64,000 bases of DNA from a virus. Its lineage: Duplodnaviria > Caudoviricetes. The stretch lies in the IMG/VR virus record IMGVR_UViG_3300014205_005221, positions 1 through 64,000 of that record; one strand, given 5' to 3'. A program made the translations under genes and the position numbers. The notes beneath the pieces are model-generated. The model had not been told where the DNA came from, searched no databases, and saw nothing but the letters and a program-made list of their open reading frames with translations. Below are positions 35,690 through 46,225 of this stretch, one piece after another. Position 1 is the stretch's first letter; every line of letters starts with the position of its first letter.

Positions 35690-37051
35690 TCAGGAAATCC
35701 AGTCACTGCGGACTTGGAGCAACACAGCCCGGACGGAACCCGCCGCCTCTTCGCCTTCGGGGAGGCTGTCCTGCACCACAACAAACGCGGGGCGAGACCG
35801 TGAGCGGTCGGTTCCGAGCAGCAAGCGGACGTTGACCCCTTCATCGGAACCGTTCGACGCAGAACGTGCAAGAGCAGACGCTCGAACAGCCTCAGTTAAA
35901 CGCTTTTGGTTGAGCAGAACCGTCCTCGGTGACGGAGCGCTATCGCTGCCAAGCCGACGGAATGTCACCGTCAACTGCTCCGATGACAGATCCCCGTAGC
36001 GGTTACGCGTCGCCACCGTCAGCTCATCCGGCTCCGGATACCCCACCTTGAGCGCTACCGCCAGCGTCTCCTCATCCGAGGTCGGCTGCGCGCGATCGAG
36101 CGCCTCGACCAGAGTGTCCGCATTGACGATGACCTCATCACGGTTCTCCGCGATGGGAGTCTCAATGATGGTCCGAGCCTCCGCCGGAAAAGACTCGGTG
36201 TTATGCGCGACGATCATGCGATCCGCCGCATCCACCGGACCGATCTCCGCGACCAGATGGAAACGCGTGTCGGCGAGCCGAAACTCCTGCGCGTCGTTGC
36301 GGTCCAGCATCTTGACCAGGAGATCCACCGCCGACGTCGACAGCTCACACGTCAGATTCGCAGGAAGCATGCCTCGGACCTGCGCAAACGACGTCTTGTC
36401 TGTGGTCGTAGCGATACCATTATGAATGTCGAGCTGCATGCGGCCTGGATCATTCTCATCCGATCCTGCGGCGTAGCGGACGGCTGAGACCGCACGCGTG
36501 AAATCCGCACGCGACAGCGAGTGCCAGGTCAATTCGTCAAGCGCGGCAAGCCGAACGTATTCCTGCACGCCCGCAATACGCAGCGACCAGGAGCTACTGC
36601 CCGAGTCGATGTGCAGCAGCTGGTCCTCGGTACGAAGCTTCACCGTCGGACCCGATGCTCGCTTGATGACGTTGGCAAACTTGGCCGCTCCGATCAGCAG
36701 CCGACCCGGGTTTAAGGTTCGCACCGCCAGCGACGTCGAGACGACCGTCGACCCCGAATTCGAGCCGGTGATCACCAGACGGCCATCGGAGGCGTCCAGC
36801 ACCAGGTTCTTCAGCTCCGGAACGAAATCCCCGGACGGCACCACGAGCATGGCCTGATCGACCATACGACGCAGCACCGTCCGAGGAACCTCGAAGTGCG
36901 GTGGCGACGCGAGCACCACCGACGGCAGCTTGACCTGAGGAAGAATCTCGTCCTCTTCGTCCTCCACCGCTTCCGGTGCGGACAGATCGATTCCAAGAGA
37001 CTTCAGAATGTCTTCACCGGCGTCGGTGGTCTCTTCCGAGACGTCAGCCAT
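35690..37051 (-). CDS. DNA polymerase III beta-clamp-like protein
   Basis: DnaN-like pattern (L..LVL.A..G.L.ITGS; V.YAA..DE; TTD...AQ); AAGGAG RBS. Confidence 0.75.
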   Translation of the reverse strand: MADVSEETTDAGEDILKSLGIDLSAPEAVEDEEDEILPQVKLPSVVLASPPHFEVPRTVLRRMVDQAMLVVPSGDFVPELKNLVLDASDGRLVITGSNSGSTVVSTSLAVRTLNPGRLLIGAAKFANVIKRASGPTVKLRTEDQLLHIDSGSSSWSLRIAGVQEYVRLAALDELTWHSLSRADFTRAVSAVRYAAGSDENDPGRMQLDIHNGIATTTDKTSFAQVRGMLPANLTCELSTSAVDLLVKMLDRNDAQEFRLADTRFHLVAEIGPVDAADRMIVAHNTESFPAEARTIIETPIAENRDEVIVNADTLVEALDRAQPTSDEETLAVALKVGYPEPDELTVATRNRYGDLSSEQLTVTFRRLGSDSAPSPRTVLLNQKRLTEAVRASALARSASNGSDEGVNVRLLLGTDRSRSRPAFVVVQDSLPEGEEAAGSVRAVLLQVRSDWIS

Positions 37052-37065
37052 TGCTCTCCTTCAAC

Positions 37066-37589
37066 TCAGTCATCAGAACGGATACTCCGCAACCAACGCC
37101 CAGCCTGATCAAGATCCAAGGAAGTCAATCCGATACGAGGACTCACATAGTGCAGCCGGTAAGGCGGCTGACCCTTGCGCTGCTCGGCAAACCAATCACG
37201 CTCAGTCGGAAACCTGTCAAAGTCGTCATCCAGCCAAACGAACGGGCGATCCTTGGCGTACTCCAGAACCCCGTCAAACTTCCAGTGGAACGCCTTGAAG
37301 CCCCACTCGATGACAGGAAGTACCGGAAGACCGATTGCCGGACCAATGTAGTCGTTGGCTTCATGCTCCCACGTGGTCGCCCACGCCAGCTCCGCGTCGT
37401 GCTCAGCGGCGAACGCGAGCAGCGCGGGACCGTGCTCGGGAGCCAGCCACACTCGGAGCGGGTGCTTCTGATACTCCCAGCCCGACGGACGAAGCCGATG
37501 AGTCCCATAGCCCTCAGGACGTCTTGTCGGCTTTGCCATGTACGGATTCAAGGGCCGTCCACATCCAGCAGAACTAACGGACGATTCAC
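37066..37589 (-). pseudogene. HAD phosphatase paralog with a frameshift after DVDGP
   Basis: VNRPLVLLDVDGP then TGA; LNPY..WATTW..WLDD continues in another frame. Confidence 0.65.
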
Positions 37590-37963
37590 GACACCACCCC
37601 CTTAGGTCGGGTCGACGGAGTCACCGAAATGACCTCGCCAGGGACTACACGCGGAGCTTCGACGGCACGCGGTGGAACGCTCAACGCCTGGCGTTGGACC
37701 ACTTCAACACGAGCCGAGACGACAAAGCGGTGCACATAATGATGCACATAATGATGAACATGATGGACCACGACTCGTTCCTCGGGACACGGCGTACACC
37801 GTGCAGGATCCGGAAACTTCGTGCGCGGACGATGTCGATAGCGTCCCCGAACAAACAAGCCTCCCACAGCTAGAGCCAGCAATCCGTGCACCAACAGAGC
37901 CAGCGCAACGCTCACCGACCAGAGGCTCAACAGCCAGTCGAAAACGCTACCGATCAGACTCAC
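37586..37963 (-). CDS. membrane protein with a His/Val-rich stretch
   Basis: GGG-TAGAAG-N6-GTG; TM segment. Confidence 0.55.
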   Translation of the reverse strand: MSLIGSVFDWLLSLWSVSVALALLVHGLLALAVGGLFVRGRYRHRPRTKFPDPARCTPCPEERVVVHHVHHYVHHYVHRFVVSARVEVVQRQALSVPPRAVEAPRVVPGEVISVTPSTRPKGVVS

Positions 37964-38450
37964 GACGTGCTTCTACCCTCAGACGGTATGCCTGAAGACG
38001 GTATGCCTGAAGATCCGCCAGCACGTCATGCGCGGGATCCGACCACGGCAGGTTATGAGAGACCCGGCTCAGCGACGACAACGGCTGCGTGGCCTCCACC
38101 AGACGCACGCCCTCGACAGGCTCAAACCGCCATGCCGGGCCGGACGCCTCCACCGGAGCAGCGCACGGCCAGCCCGCAGCTCGCCCGTGACGGCCGCAGT
38201 ACACCACCCCAGGCTCAGAGCATTCGTGACGCCAGCAACGCGACCGAGAACGCCTACGGCGATGTTTCACGGACAACCCCTCACAACGTGGACGGCGCTA
38301 CCAGCACCACCAGAACAAACGCCCCGACGTAGCCGATAACGAGCAGCGCCTTCATCCAGAAACGGTCCACCGAGCCAACCGCGTATCCCGCAGCGAACAC
38401 GTAAATGACCGCGATGATCGCAAGCGCGACAACACTCTGCCACTGCACGA

Positions 38451-38705
38451 CTACTCCTCCGGACGTTCCGTCCGATCCAGAGCAGAGCGGACTTTCTCCA
38501 CCTCAGCGTCCAGCTCCGCGTCAATACGATCGAGCAAAGCCCGCGCTTCCTCTTCAGAATCCACGTTGAAGTCCGACTTCAGCTTCTCCAGCTGCCGGTC
38601 GTACTCACCCTTCGCGGCCTCAGCCTGAGCTTCGATCCGCTGCTGCTGACCGCGAAGGGTTTCCGCGCGCTGACGAAGGTCAGCTACCTCTTCATCTTTC
38701 GCCAC
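38451..38705 (-). CDS. coiled-coil protein
   Basis: GGG-TAGGAC-N6-GTG. Confidence 0.7.
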   Translation of the reverse strand: MAKDEEVADLRQRAETLRGQQQRIEAQAEAAKGEYDRQLEKLKSDFNVDSEEEARALLDRIDAELDAEVEKVRSALDRTERPEE

Positions 38706-38724
38706 AAAGCTGTCCTACCCCAGG

Positions 38725-38985
38725 TCAATCGAGACTCCTCAGATCTTCCAGCATCTGACGACGCTCAACCTCAACCTTATTCAGATCGATGTCAAAGTAA
38801 TCCGCGAACAACTGCTCAAAACTGCGGGCGTCCAGGACCATGATCTCCTGAGAGTATCCCTTGGGCTTCACGTAATGGCCGATGAAACGCCCGTTCTGAC
38901 CCAGCCAGTCCACAAAATCCGAAAGCACATCCGACTCGTTGCGGACAGCACGCATCTTCTCACACTCAGGATAGCGATCAGGCAT
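38725..38985 (-). CDS. hypothetical protein
   Basis: GGG-TAGGAG-N6-ATG. Confidence 0.7.
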   Translation of the reverse strand: MPDRYPECEKMRAVRNESDVLSDFVDWLGQNGRFIGHYVKPKGYSQEIMVLDARSFEQLFADYFDIDLNKVEVERRQMLEDLRSLD

Positions 38986-38986
38986 G

Positions 38987-39409
38987 TCAGTCTCCTACCC
39001 TCTCAGGTGCACGATAGATTCCGCCGATGCCCTCGAACGCGTGGTAGCGATCCGCCAGGTGCATGATCGCCGACTCCACGCCGAGCACAAAACCCTGATC
39101 CCGGAGACGCTCCTCCACCGGATCGCGGTACTCCGAGGGAGCGAGCGTGTCGTTGGCGAACCGGTGTGCGCGAGCACGAGCGCGATTTATCCACTCAGAA
39201 TTATCGAAGCACAGCGCGGTGGCGTCGAGGTATTCCACGTACTCCCGTCGTCTCCGAAGCAGACTGCGCAGGATGTGCAGCTCGCGGTCCTCACCAGAAG
39301 CGTCCAGGTCGGACCTAAACACGACCTCGATGAGCCAATCGCAGAGGTCGGACACCCTCTTAGGACGGAACGTTCCATCCGAGAGATGCCCGTACTGAAT
39401 GTCAGCCAC
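38987..39409 (-). CDS. hypothetical protein (sigma-A-like promoter, no tag)
   Basis: TTGCTT-N17-TAGCTT-N6-GTG. Confidence 0.7.
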   Translation of the reverse strand: MADIQYGHLSDGTFRPKRVSDLCDWLIEVVFRSDLDASGEDRELHILRSLLRRRREYVEYLDATALCFDNSEWINRARARAHRFANDTLAPSEYRDPVEERLRDQGFVLGVESAIMHLADRYHAFEGIGGIYRAPERVGD

Positions 39410-39447
39410 GACTACAAGCTAGCACAGGTCAGCAAAGTAAGCAAGTT

Positions 39448-40305
39448 CTACTTTGCAACCTTCTGCTTGGGTCGGAAGACGCCGGTGCTCGTCGGCCTGT
39501 ATTTGGCGCAAGCGTGACGCACTGGACACCAAGAGCACGCCTTGTCGTCCTTGTTCGGTTCCGTGTCGCCACGCCAGATGTCATGAGCCATCGCCACGAT
39601 GCGAGCCATCATCGAAGACAGATCCGCGTCGGTGATGTCGACGTAGGCGATGGGATTGGTCTCCACCATGGGCTGCACGAACGCGAACGTCCGCAGCGGC
39701 ACGCCCTCACGAGCGTAATGCGCCAGCGAATAGAACACGCCCTGCCCCAACGTCTTGCGCAGGTAATCCGGGTTCGCCGTGGCCTTGAGGTCATAGGCAG
39801 CCCAGACCGGCGGCAACTTCGACTCTCGCACCAGGATGTCCATGCCGCCGACCAGCATGATCTGCGCCGTCTCCCCGTTGAGATCCGGGATGCGCAACGG
39901 CACCCGGAATCGGGCCTCGGGCTCGTACTCGTAGGGAATGACTTCCTTGAGCAGGAACGGCTCCAACCGCGTCACCAGCTGACGCACCCACTCCGCCATC
40001 TCCGCGCGGTCGGTGTCACTCTTCCAATTCACGACACCGTCGCTGGTGCGCTTCGCTTCCTCGATCTCGTGATCAATCATGAAGTCGACCCAGGTCGCCA
40101 TCTCGCCCGGGACCTGCTGGTCGGCTTCGAGCCAGCGGCGCATCACACGGTCGGCCACCGTGCCGTGAAAGAACGGACGGATGTTCGTGACTGGGTTCTT
40201 TTTCTTCTCCCGAAACAGAAACGCCCGCTGCTTACATGCAGTATGCGCTTGAAGTGCTGACCAACTAATCTTAATTGGCTTTGGGCCGTCGCATTTTGTA
40301 GTCAT
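39448..40305 (-). CDS. RecB/Cas4-like PD-(D/E)XK exonuclease
   Basis: SWS.L...C, HGT..D, GGMD..YDLK, CSWCPVRHAC. Confidence 0.8.
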   Translation of the reverse strand: MTTKCDGPKPIKISWSALQAHTACKQRAFLFREKKKNPVTNIRPFFHGTVADRVMRRWLEADQQVPGEMATWVDFMIDHEIEEAKRTSDGVVNWKSDTDRAEMAEWVRQLVTRLEPFLLKEVIPYEYEPEARFRVPLRIPDLNGETAQIMLVGGMDILVRESKLPPVWAAYDLKATANPDYLRKTLGQGVFYSLAHYAREGVPLRTFAFVQPMVETNPIAYVDITDADLSSMMARIVAMAHDIWRGDTEPNKDDKACSWCPVRHACAKYRPTSTGVFRPKQKVAK

Positions 40306-40338
40306 ACCAACTCATTCGTCTGGGGATACGAATGAGTT

Positions 40339-41448
40339 CTACCCTTCAGCAGTAAAACAGCCCTGCCTGCGAAGCCTTACACGACACAACTCCACCGACT
40401 TCAAATCCCGCTCGACGCCCACCACTTCGCGGCCCTCCATCACGGCCGCCTCGATCGTCGACCCCGACCCGGCAAACGGCTCGATGATGCGATCTCCAGG
40501 CATGGTCAGCAGCCGCACGAGAAAACGCATCAGGCCAAGAGGCTTGACCGTGTTGTGCTTAATGCTGGTCGACCAGTTGTCCATTTTCGGCTCGTACGAA
40601 TCATGGCCGCACACGTCGTGAGGACGGTTGGCGTACTTCGATCCCGAGCCCATATACGAGCGCGTCACCACGCCGCACACCGTGCACTCCCACGCCCTGA
40701 CCTTGCCCAGCGTCGACAGATCCTTCACACCCTCACCCGCCTCCACCTTGATGACGGGGCGCTCAGCGTTGTTGGGCTTGGACTGAAAGCGGAACGTCGG
40801 GAAATACGAGATCGCATCTCCGAACGCCGGAACCGGGCAGCCCGGAACGCACGCACCGGGAGGCTCCTCGCACAGCGACGAATGCTGCACCAGCACGTTG
40901 GGCGGAGCCGAGCCGTTGGGCAGCGCGCAGCCATCCAGATCAAGCGTGGCGGTCTTATGCTCGGCAATGGTGGGTGTGAGCCCGCCAGGCAGCATCGGCG
41001 CGCGAGCGAGCACAGCAGGCTCATGACGAGAATGAAGGGCCGACCCCCGGCCCTTCATCTCGACCGCGAGATCCTCATGCCCAGCCTTGCGCAGGCGCTC
41101 GGGCACGTTGGTGCTACGCATGAAGCCCGACGGGTAGTGCCAGATGATCGAGTCCATGACATCCCAGCCAGCCCGGTCGATGCCGGTAGCCAGATCATGC
41201 CAAGTCTTCCCCGCGCCAAACGCGACCAGCCAGCCGCCGGGCTTCGTGATTCGCAACAGCTCGCGCGACCACGTCTCGCACCACGCCGCAAAGTTCGGGA
41301 TCGCGTCCCACTCGTCGGTGCCTCCGCCCATAGCGAGGTTGTACGGAGGATCGGTAATGACTGCAGAACACGAGTTGTCCGGGATCAGCGCGAGCGCATC
41401 CTCAACGGCACCGTGCAGCAGCGTGACCGGATGCTTCAGCTCGATCAA
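40339..41448 (-). CDS. amino (N6A/N4C) DNA methyltransferase, beta class
   Basis: TDPPY, H.TVKP, EPFAGSGST. Confidence 0.9.
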   Translation of the reverse strand: MIELKHPVTLLHGAVEDALALIPDNSCSAVITDPPYNLAMGGGTDEWDAIPNFAAWCETWSRELLRITKPGGWLVAFGAGKTWHDLATGIDRAGWDVMDSIIWHYPSGFMRSTNVPERLRKAGHEDLAVEMKGRGSALHSRHEPAVLARAPMLPGGLTPTIAEHKTATLDLDGCALPNGSAPPNVLVQHSSLCEEPPGACVPGCPVPAFGDAISYFPTFRFQSKPNNAERPVIKVEAGEGVKDLSTLGKVRAWECTVCGVVTRSYMGSGSKYANRPHDVCGHDSYEPKMDNWSTSIKHNTVKPLGLMRFLVRLLTMPGDRIIEPFAGSGSTIEAAVMEGREVVGVERDLKSVELCRVRLRRQGCFTAEG

Positions 41449-42428
41449 GACAATTCCCCATTCGCTGCAGACACCAGCAGCTCCGTCGCCAAATCCTGCT
41501 CAGCCTTCGGGAGACCCATCTCGCGCACAGCCTCGACCACCGACTCGATCGACGACGCCATCACCGTAGACGCGCCCACCGCCGCCAGGAACTGGTCCAT
41601 ACGCTGCTGGTAATCCACTATCGCAGCATGCTGTTCTACCCGGAACACCTCGGAACCCGGCTTGGCTGTCTGCAGCTCGACACGCTCGAACGCAGCAGCG
41701 CCCTCGACACCGGAATGCCAGATGGTGATCGCAGGCTTACGCGTCAGATCCGACTCATGCAGCGATCCCCGCGACAGCGCACCTTGGTTGCAGAACGTGA
41801 CTCCGTCAACCTCAAACACCCCGTGATAGTCGTGGACATGGCCGTAATACAGATGGCCTTTGTGACCTGCCCACTCAGCCACAGTACCTGCCGGAATGTT
41901 CTCATATGGAAGCTCTCGACCCACCGGATACAGCGGCGCGTGCGTCACGATCAACCCGCCTGACTCCGACCAGGGAGTCCTCGACGCGCGCCAGTCCTGG
42001 AACGCCGCAGAAGCATCCTGCCAGTCCTGCTGCCACGGGACACCGTAGAGCGGCAGATCCTCAGCCCAGCCATCGAGCAAGCGCATTCCCGCCTGCAGCA
42101 GCACACCGAAAGGCTGAGTCTCGAACACAGAGTCAATGCGGTCATGCTGAATGTCGTGATTGCCAATCACACCGTAGACCGGGCACGGGGATGCGTGAAT
42201 CACATCAATCATGCGCTGCACCGTCTTATGCGAGGTGCGGTCCGGGCGCTTAATATGAAAGATGTCACCAGACAGAACTAAAGCCTTCAGATTACGTTCT
42301 GTGGCGATCTTAATGATCTCATCCAGAAGACCGAACAGATCATCGTTATAGGTGTCATAACACTGACTTGGAGCTTTGTCAGAGAGATGCACATCGCCGA
42401 CAGTGCCAATCTCAACTTCTGAATCCAC
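41445..42428 (-). CDS. Mre11/SbcD-like metallophosphoesterase
   Basis: DVH, GDIF, GNHD, GHVH, GALSR. Confidence 0.88.
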   Translation of the reverse strand: MDSEVEIGTVGDVHLSDKAPSQCYDTYNDDLFGLLDEIIKIATERNLKALVLSGDIFHIKRPDRTSHKTVQRMIDVIHASPCPVYGVIGNHDIQHDRIDSVFETQPFGVLLQAGMRLLDGWAEDLPLYGVPWQQDWQDASAAFQDWRASRTPWSESGGLIVTHAPLYPVGRELPYENIPAGTVAEWAGHKGHLYYGHVHDYHGVFEVDGVTFCNQGALSRGSLHESDLTRKPAITIWHSGVEGAAAFERVELQTAKPGSEVFRVEQHAAIVDYQQRMDQFLAAVGASTVMASSIESVVEAVREMGLPKAEQDLATELLVSAANGELS

Positions 42429-42478
42429 AGCCCTCTCCTACCCTGAGACAGGGAGAGCTTCGAGCTTTAAGCGCTATG

Positions 42479-42961
42479 TCATGCAGACAACGCTACAGGT
42501 TTAGCAAGCATTGTATGCCGTCGCTGCTCGGGTAACGCTCTACCCGGAGGCGGTGTAAACACCATGGTGGGAGACGTTTGCTGCGGCATCCTCAACATCC
42601 AGCGAGACACGTTCGACGCCCACAACGCCGACGAATCCGACAATCGAGTCAACGCAGCAAGCTCGTCCGAACGTGCATGCATGATCGCCGCCTTATACAA
42701 CGATCGGCGAGGCACCTCACCCGAGAACAGCGGCCACTTCTCCGAGCCCGGGTGCAAGGAAAGCACCTCGTGGAACACCCGGGCAGCCACCTTGGAATCC
42801 GCATCGGACTCCGGTGCTTCTGGATTGTCGGGAGCTGCATGAATCTCCCGAAGGATACGCAGCAGCTCCCGACAGCAGTCCTCAGTCCAGGCAGAGCTGA
42901 GAACCACCCCATCCGTTGTACGGAGAACCTCTGACGCTTGAGACACAGATGATGTCGTCAT
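42479..42961 (-). CDS. hypothetical protein
   Basis: 160 aa, in operon orientation. Confidence 0.5.
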   Translation of the reverse strand: MTTSSVSQASEVLRTTDGVVLSSAWTEDCCRELLRILREIHAAPDNPEAPESDADSKVAARVFHEVLSLHPGSEKWPLFSGEVPRRSLYKAAIMHARSDELAALTRLSDSSALWASNVSRWMLRMPQQTSPTMVFTPPPGRALPEQRRHTMLAKPVALSA

Positions 42962-42975
42962 TGGAATCCTGTTCT

Positions 42976-44073
42976 CTAGACGACGTTATCGACCTGAGCG
43001 TGAGCTGCCGAGGCCCCGCACAACGGACAACTACCAGCCAGGCTCAGAGCCTGACTAAACCGATGACGTGCCTCGTCGGCAGCAGCACGGGCATCGGAAA
43101 TCAAATGAGACAAACGGACAACACTGCCGTCGGTCTCGGACAACTTCTCCAGAGCTTGACGCAAATTCGCGCGCTGTGCCAGCAATCGGCTCAAATTCTC
43201 CGTCTCAGGTACTAGACGTAACCCCACGGTCGCTGTAGAGCAACGTTCTCGGGCTGATTCCACGTCATCGAGCCGATCTGACACGCGAGCGCGCACCTCG
43301 GCCAGCTTTTCCAAACGATCCGTACTCGGGATTTCACGACGCTGAGCCAAAGATGTACGCAATCGAGCGGCGGACGACTTCAACGTCTCCAGACCGGCGT
43401 TCAACGAGAACGCTATGTCTTCAAGCTCCTCAGCGTATCCCATCGCCGTCTGCGCTTCATCCGCAGCAGCCAACCGACCCGGGAGTCTGGCAAACTTCCG
43501 GCCCGACTCGGTCACCGAATCCAGCTCAGACGCCTTCGAAGAATAAGCACGTCGCGCCTCGGAAGCCCGGCGGTTGGACTCGCGCACAGCGGCGTAAATC
43601 ATGTTGACGTTGGTGAGCTTGCCCAGCACACGAGCAACCTCAGCGCCGGTCTCATCGAGCAGATACGGGCGATCGAACTGGCCCGCGACCCACAGCTTCG
43701 TCTCGCCCAGCTGCAGGCCCTGAGAGACACCGTCCGGCACTCCAGACGCACACTTGGTGTACACCACCGGCTCGGCGTGCATACCCGGGAGCAGCAGCGT
43801 GTAGGACGAGACGCCCTTACCCCGCTCCACGGTCACGACCGTCGATGCGTCGAGCACCGGCTCCGAACCCGCAAGCTCCAAAGCAACCCGACACGACTTC
43901 GCGCCCTGACGGACATAGCTCGTGCCACGAGCGTTCTCCGCTACCAGCTTGAGCGCTCGCACTACGGCAGACTTGCCCGAGCTTGATGAGCCAACAATTA
44001 CTGTGAATGGGCCCAACGGTAAATGCGTACTCTGATGCGACTGAAAATCAGTCAGAGTCACAGAGCGAAACAT
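42976..44073 (-). CDS. Rad50/SbcC-like ATPase, N-terminal half
   Basis: L.DFQSH, GSSSSGKS Walker A, coiled coil, terminal CPLCG. Confidence 0.8.
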   Translation of the reverse strand: MFRSVTLTDFQSHQSTHLPLGPFTVIVGSSSSGKSAVVRALKLVAENARGTSYVRQGAKSCRVALELAGSEPVLDASTVVTVERGKGVSSYTLLLPGMHAEPVVYTKCASGVPDGVSQGLQLGETKLWVAGQFDRPYLLDETGAEVARVLGKLTNVNMIYAAVRESNRRASEARRAYSSKASELDSVTESGRKFARLPGRLAAADEAQTAMGYAEELEDIAFSLNAGLETLKSSAARLRTSLAQRREIPSTDRLEKLAEVRARVSDRLDDVESARERCSTATVGLRLVPETENLSRLLAQRANLRQALEKLSETDGSVVRLSHLISDARAAADEARHRFSQALSLAGSCPLCGASAAHAQVDNVV

Positions 44074-44221
44074 GCAGAGTTCCCTTTCACGTCACCGAGA
44101 CACAGTCCTACTGCTGTGCACATCGGTGGGATGCGCCGGTAACCCGGAGCACCTCCACGATGCGCTCAGCACGCGATCATGAGCAGGGCCGAACGGGGGA
44201 ACTATCGAAACGTTCCGAACC

Positions 44222-44662
44222 TCAGGAGCGATTACTTGCGGAGAGCAGCACTTTACTCAGCGCCAAAGCGCCGGTGTCAACATTACGCTCCACAGCCAAT
44301 CGCAGCACGAGATCATCTGCAACCGACAAGCGAACCAAGTCGGCCTCTGCTTCCAGGTCTTCTACCCAGTTGCTGGCCTTAACCTTGTCCTTGGCGCCGC
44401 GAGCCTTGTTCTTGGCCTTTAAGGCTTCCCACTCAGCGAGCGCCTTCGCGGCCTTCGCCTGAGTCTTCTTGGAAACCTTGTCTCCGCCAGCCGCCCAAAC
44501 TTTAATGCGTGAAATAGCGATAGCAATAGCCTGAGAAAGAGACTTGCCAGTCTTCTCTACAGAACGCGCAATCTCACGTACATAAGCTGGCAAGTCGCCA
44601 GAATTCTCTACCCAATTCTTTTTGGGTGACCTATCTAAACTAGCTGAGGACCCCACTGACAA
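44222..44662 (-). CDS. hypothetical basic protein
   Basis: 146 aa, Lys/Ala-rich. Confidence 0.55.
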   Translation of the reverse strand: MSVGSSASLDRSPKKNWVENSGDLPAYVREIARSVEKTGKSLSQAIAIAISRIKVWAAGGDKVSKKTQAKAAKALAEWEALKAKNKARGAKDKVKASNWVEDLEAEADLVRLSVADDLVLRLAVERNVDTGALALSKVLLSASNRS

Positions 44663-44852
44663 CTCCCGACGTGGCCTCTTCCGTTACCTCAGAATTCGAC
44701 CCGAGCGCGACAGATTCCGCGTACTCATAGTTAAAACCTTCACCAGAAACCGCTATCGAAAACCGATCCCACAACTGAGAAACCGTCCAGCCATCAGCAA
44801 TACGGTTCTTCATGTCCTCAGTTGCAACAGCACCACGCGGATCGAAAGCCAT
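44640..44852 (-). CDS. hypothetical protein
   Basis: GGG-TAGGAG-N6-ATG. Confidence 0.55.
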   Translation of the reverse strand: MAFDPRGAVATEDMKNRIADGWTVSQLWDRFSIAVSGEGFNYEYAESVALGSNSEVTEEATSGVVSGVLS

Positions 44853-44917
44853 ACGTGTCTCCTACCCCAGACAGCAGAAAAGCCCCCACCCGGAGGCAGG
44901 GGCTGATCTGGGATTCG

Positions 44918-46126
44918 TCAGTGCGCGTGACCGTCCACGCCCTCCGGGAGGACACGGTGACAACCGCCGCAGCGCTCGGCGTGACGAATGACATCTCCGC
45001 CACTGCGCATGAGACGCTGCTGCTCCGCCGTGCTAGCCGCGTTGTTCGCAGCCTGGGTGACAGCGTTGGTGAGCGCGTACATGGTCAGCTGGTCATTCTC
45101 GACCAGGTTGTTCATGATGCGCGTCCGAGCCGCCGTCGGAATGCGGTACTGCTCGAACAGATCCGTAGCCGTCGCGCCGACGTTGTTCGGGTCGATGCGA
45201 AGATGCACCAGCTGCTGCACACGCTCGAAAATGCCATCAAAATGACCGAGCGCGTCCTCGACAGCCTGACCAGCCCACGCGAGCAGCGGCTCCAGCTCCT
45301 GGCCGCTGGTGCGACGATTCCACACGCCGCCGTCCGGAAGGACGTCGATGTAGCCGTTGGTGCACCGCTGCCTAAACATAAACGCCGCGATCTCGGTCTG
45401 CTTCGACGCGGTGAGACTGTTGGTCAGCTGCAGACCTCCCCACCAGCGGTCATCGACCTCGTTGGTGCCCTCGATCAGGCGCGCGACGTCGGGGAGCACC
45501 AGCTGCAGATGCGTGAGCAGCAGGCTGTGGCTGATCTTGTTGCGGTCCACATACACCGAGACACCCGGGTGGACGCGCTCGATGACCTCCAGCGCACGGT
45601 CGAGCAGCGCCAGGTTGGAGAACGGCTGCACCGAGTCGCTGGTGAACGCCGAGCCGAGCTGATCCTCACCGATGACCATGAGCTGAAGGCTCTTGTCCAT
45701 GCCGGTCCGGAAGTGATAGTTCAGCATGTCCTCGGTGAGGTGACCCGGGACGCGCTCGACCAGACCCTTACCCATGCTGAACTGCTTGGCAGCACCATGC
45801 AGACCGTCGAGAGACAGCTGATACTCGGTGCCGTCGTTCATTCCGTCCATGAACGTGACAAACGCGTTCACCGGCTCGGTGCCGTGAATAGCACCAAGAT
45901 CCTGATTCCAGTCGTCCTCAACCCGGAACCTGACGTGAGGACCGGTGTCGAAATTGACATACGCCAGAGGCTCAGTCTTGCCGAGAATCTCACGGCCCTG
46001 CTCCAGAGTCACGAGCTTCTCGCGCTCGATCATCTGCTCGATGGTGATGGGCGGGTCGTTCGGACCCCAGCTCATCACATCGGTCGGTGCATGGCCGAGA
46101 TCGCCACCCACAGTGGGAGCGGTCAT
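44918..46126 (-). CDS. DUF932-like protein
   Basis: L.NS...FRQRCTNG and T.Y...NAVT motifs; GAGGAGG RBS. Confidence 0.6.
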   Translation of the reverse strand: MTAPTVGGDLGHAPTDVMSWGPNDPPITIEQMIEREKLVTLEQGREILGKTEPLAYVNFDTGPHVRFRVEDDWNQDLGAIHGTEPVNAFVTFMDGMNDGTEYQLSLDGLHGAAKQFSMGKGLVERVPGHLTEDMLNYHFRTGMDKSLQLMVIGEDQLGSAFTSDSVQPFSNLALLDRALEVIERVHPGVSVYVDRNKISHSLLLTHLQLVLPDVARLIEGTNEVDDRWWGGLQLTNSLTASKQTEIAAFMFRQRCTNGYIDVLPDGGVWNRRTSGQELEPLLAWAGQAVEDALGHFDGIFERVQQLVHLRIDPNNVGATATDLFEQYRIPTAARTRIMNNLVENDQLTMYALTNAVTQAANNAASTAEQQRLMRSGGDVIRHAERCGGCHRVLPEGVDGHAH

Positions 46127-46225
46127 GTCTTTGCCTCCTCAGGCTTTTCGATTTCCGCTTTCACGACTGTTCTACCCACGGAAATGGGAAACGAGATTCG
46201 GTGAACGCGCTATCTGACAGATTCG

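Noticed and set aside
39448-40305. Cas4-like nuclease as part of the RAMP-array system
   Set aside because: Lies 6 kb away among recombination genes; such nucleases are common stand-alone phage genes
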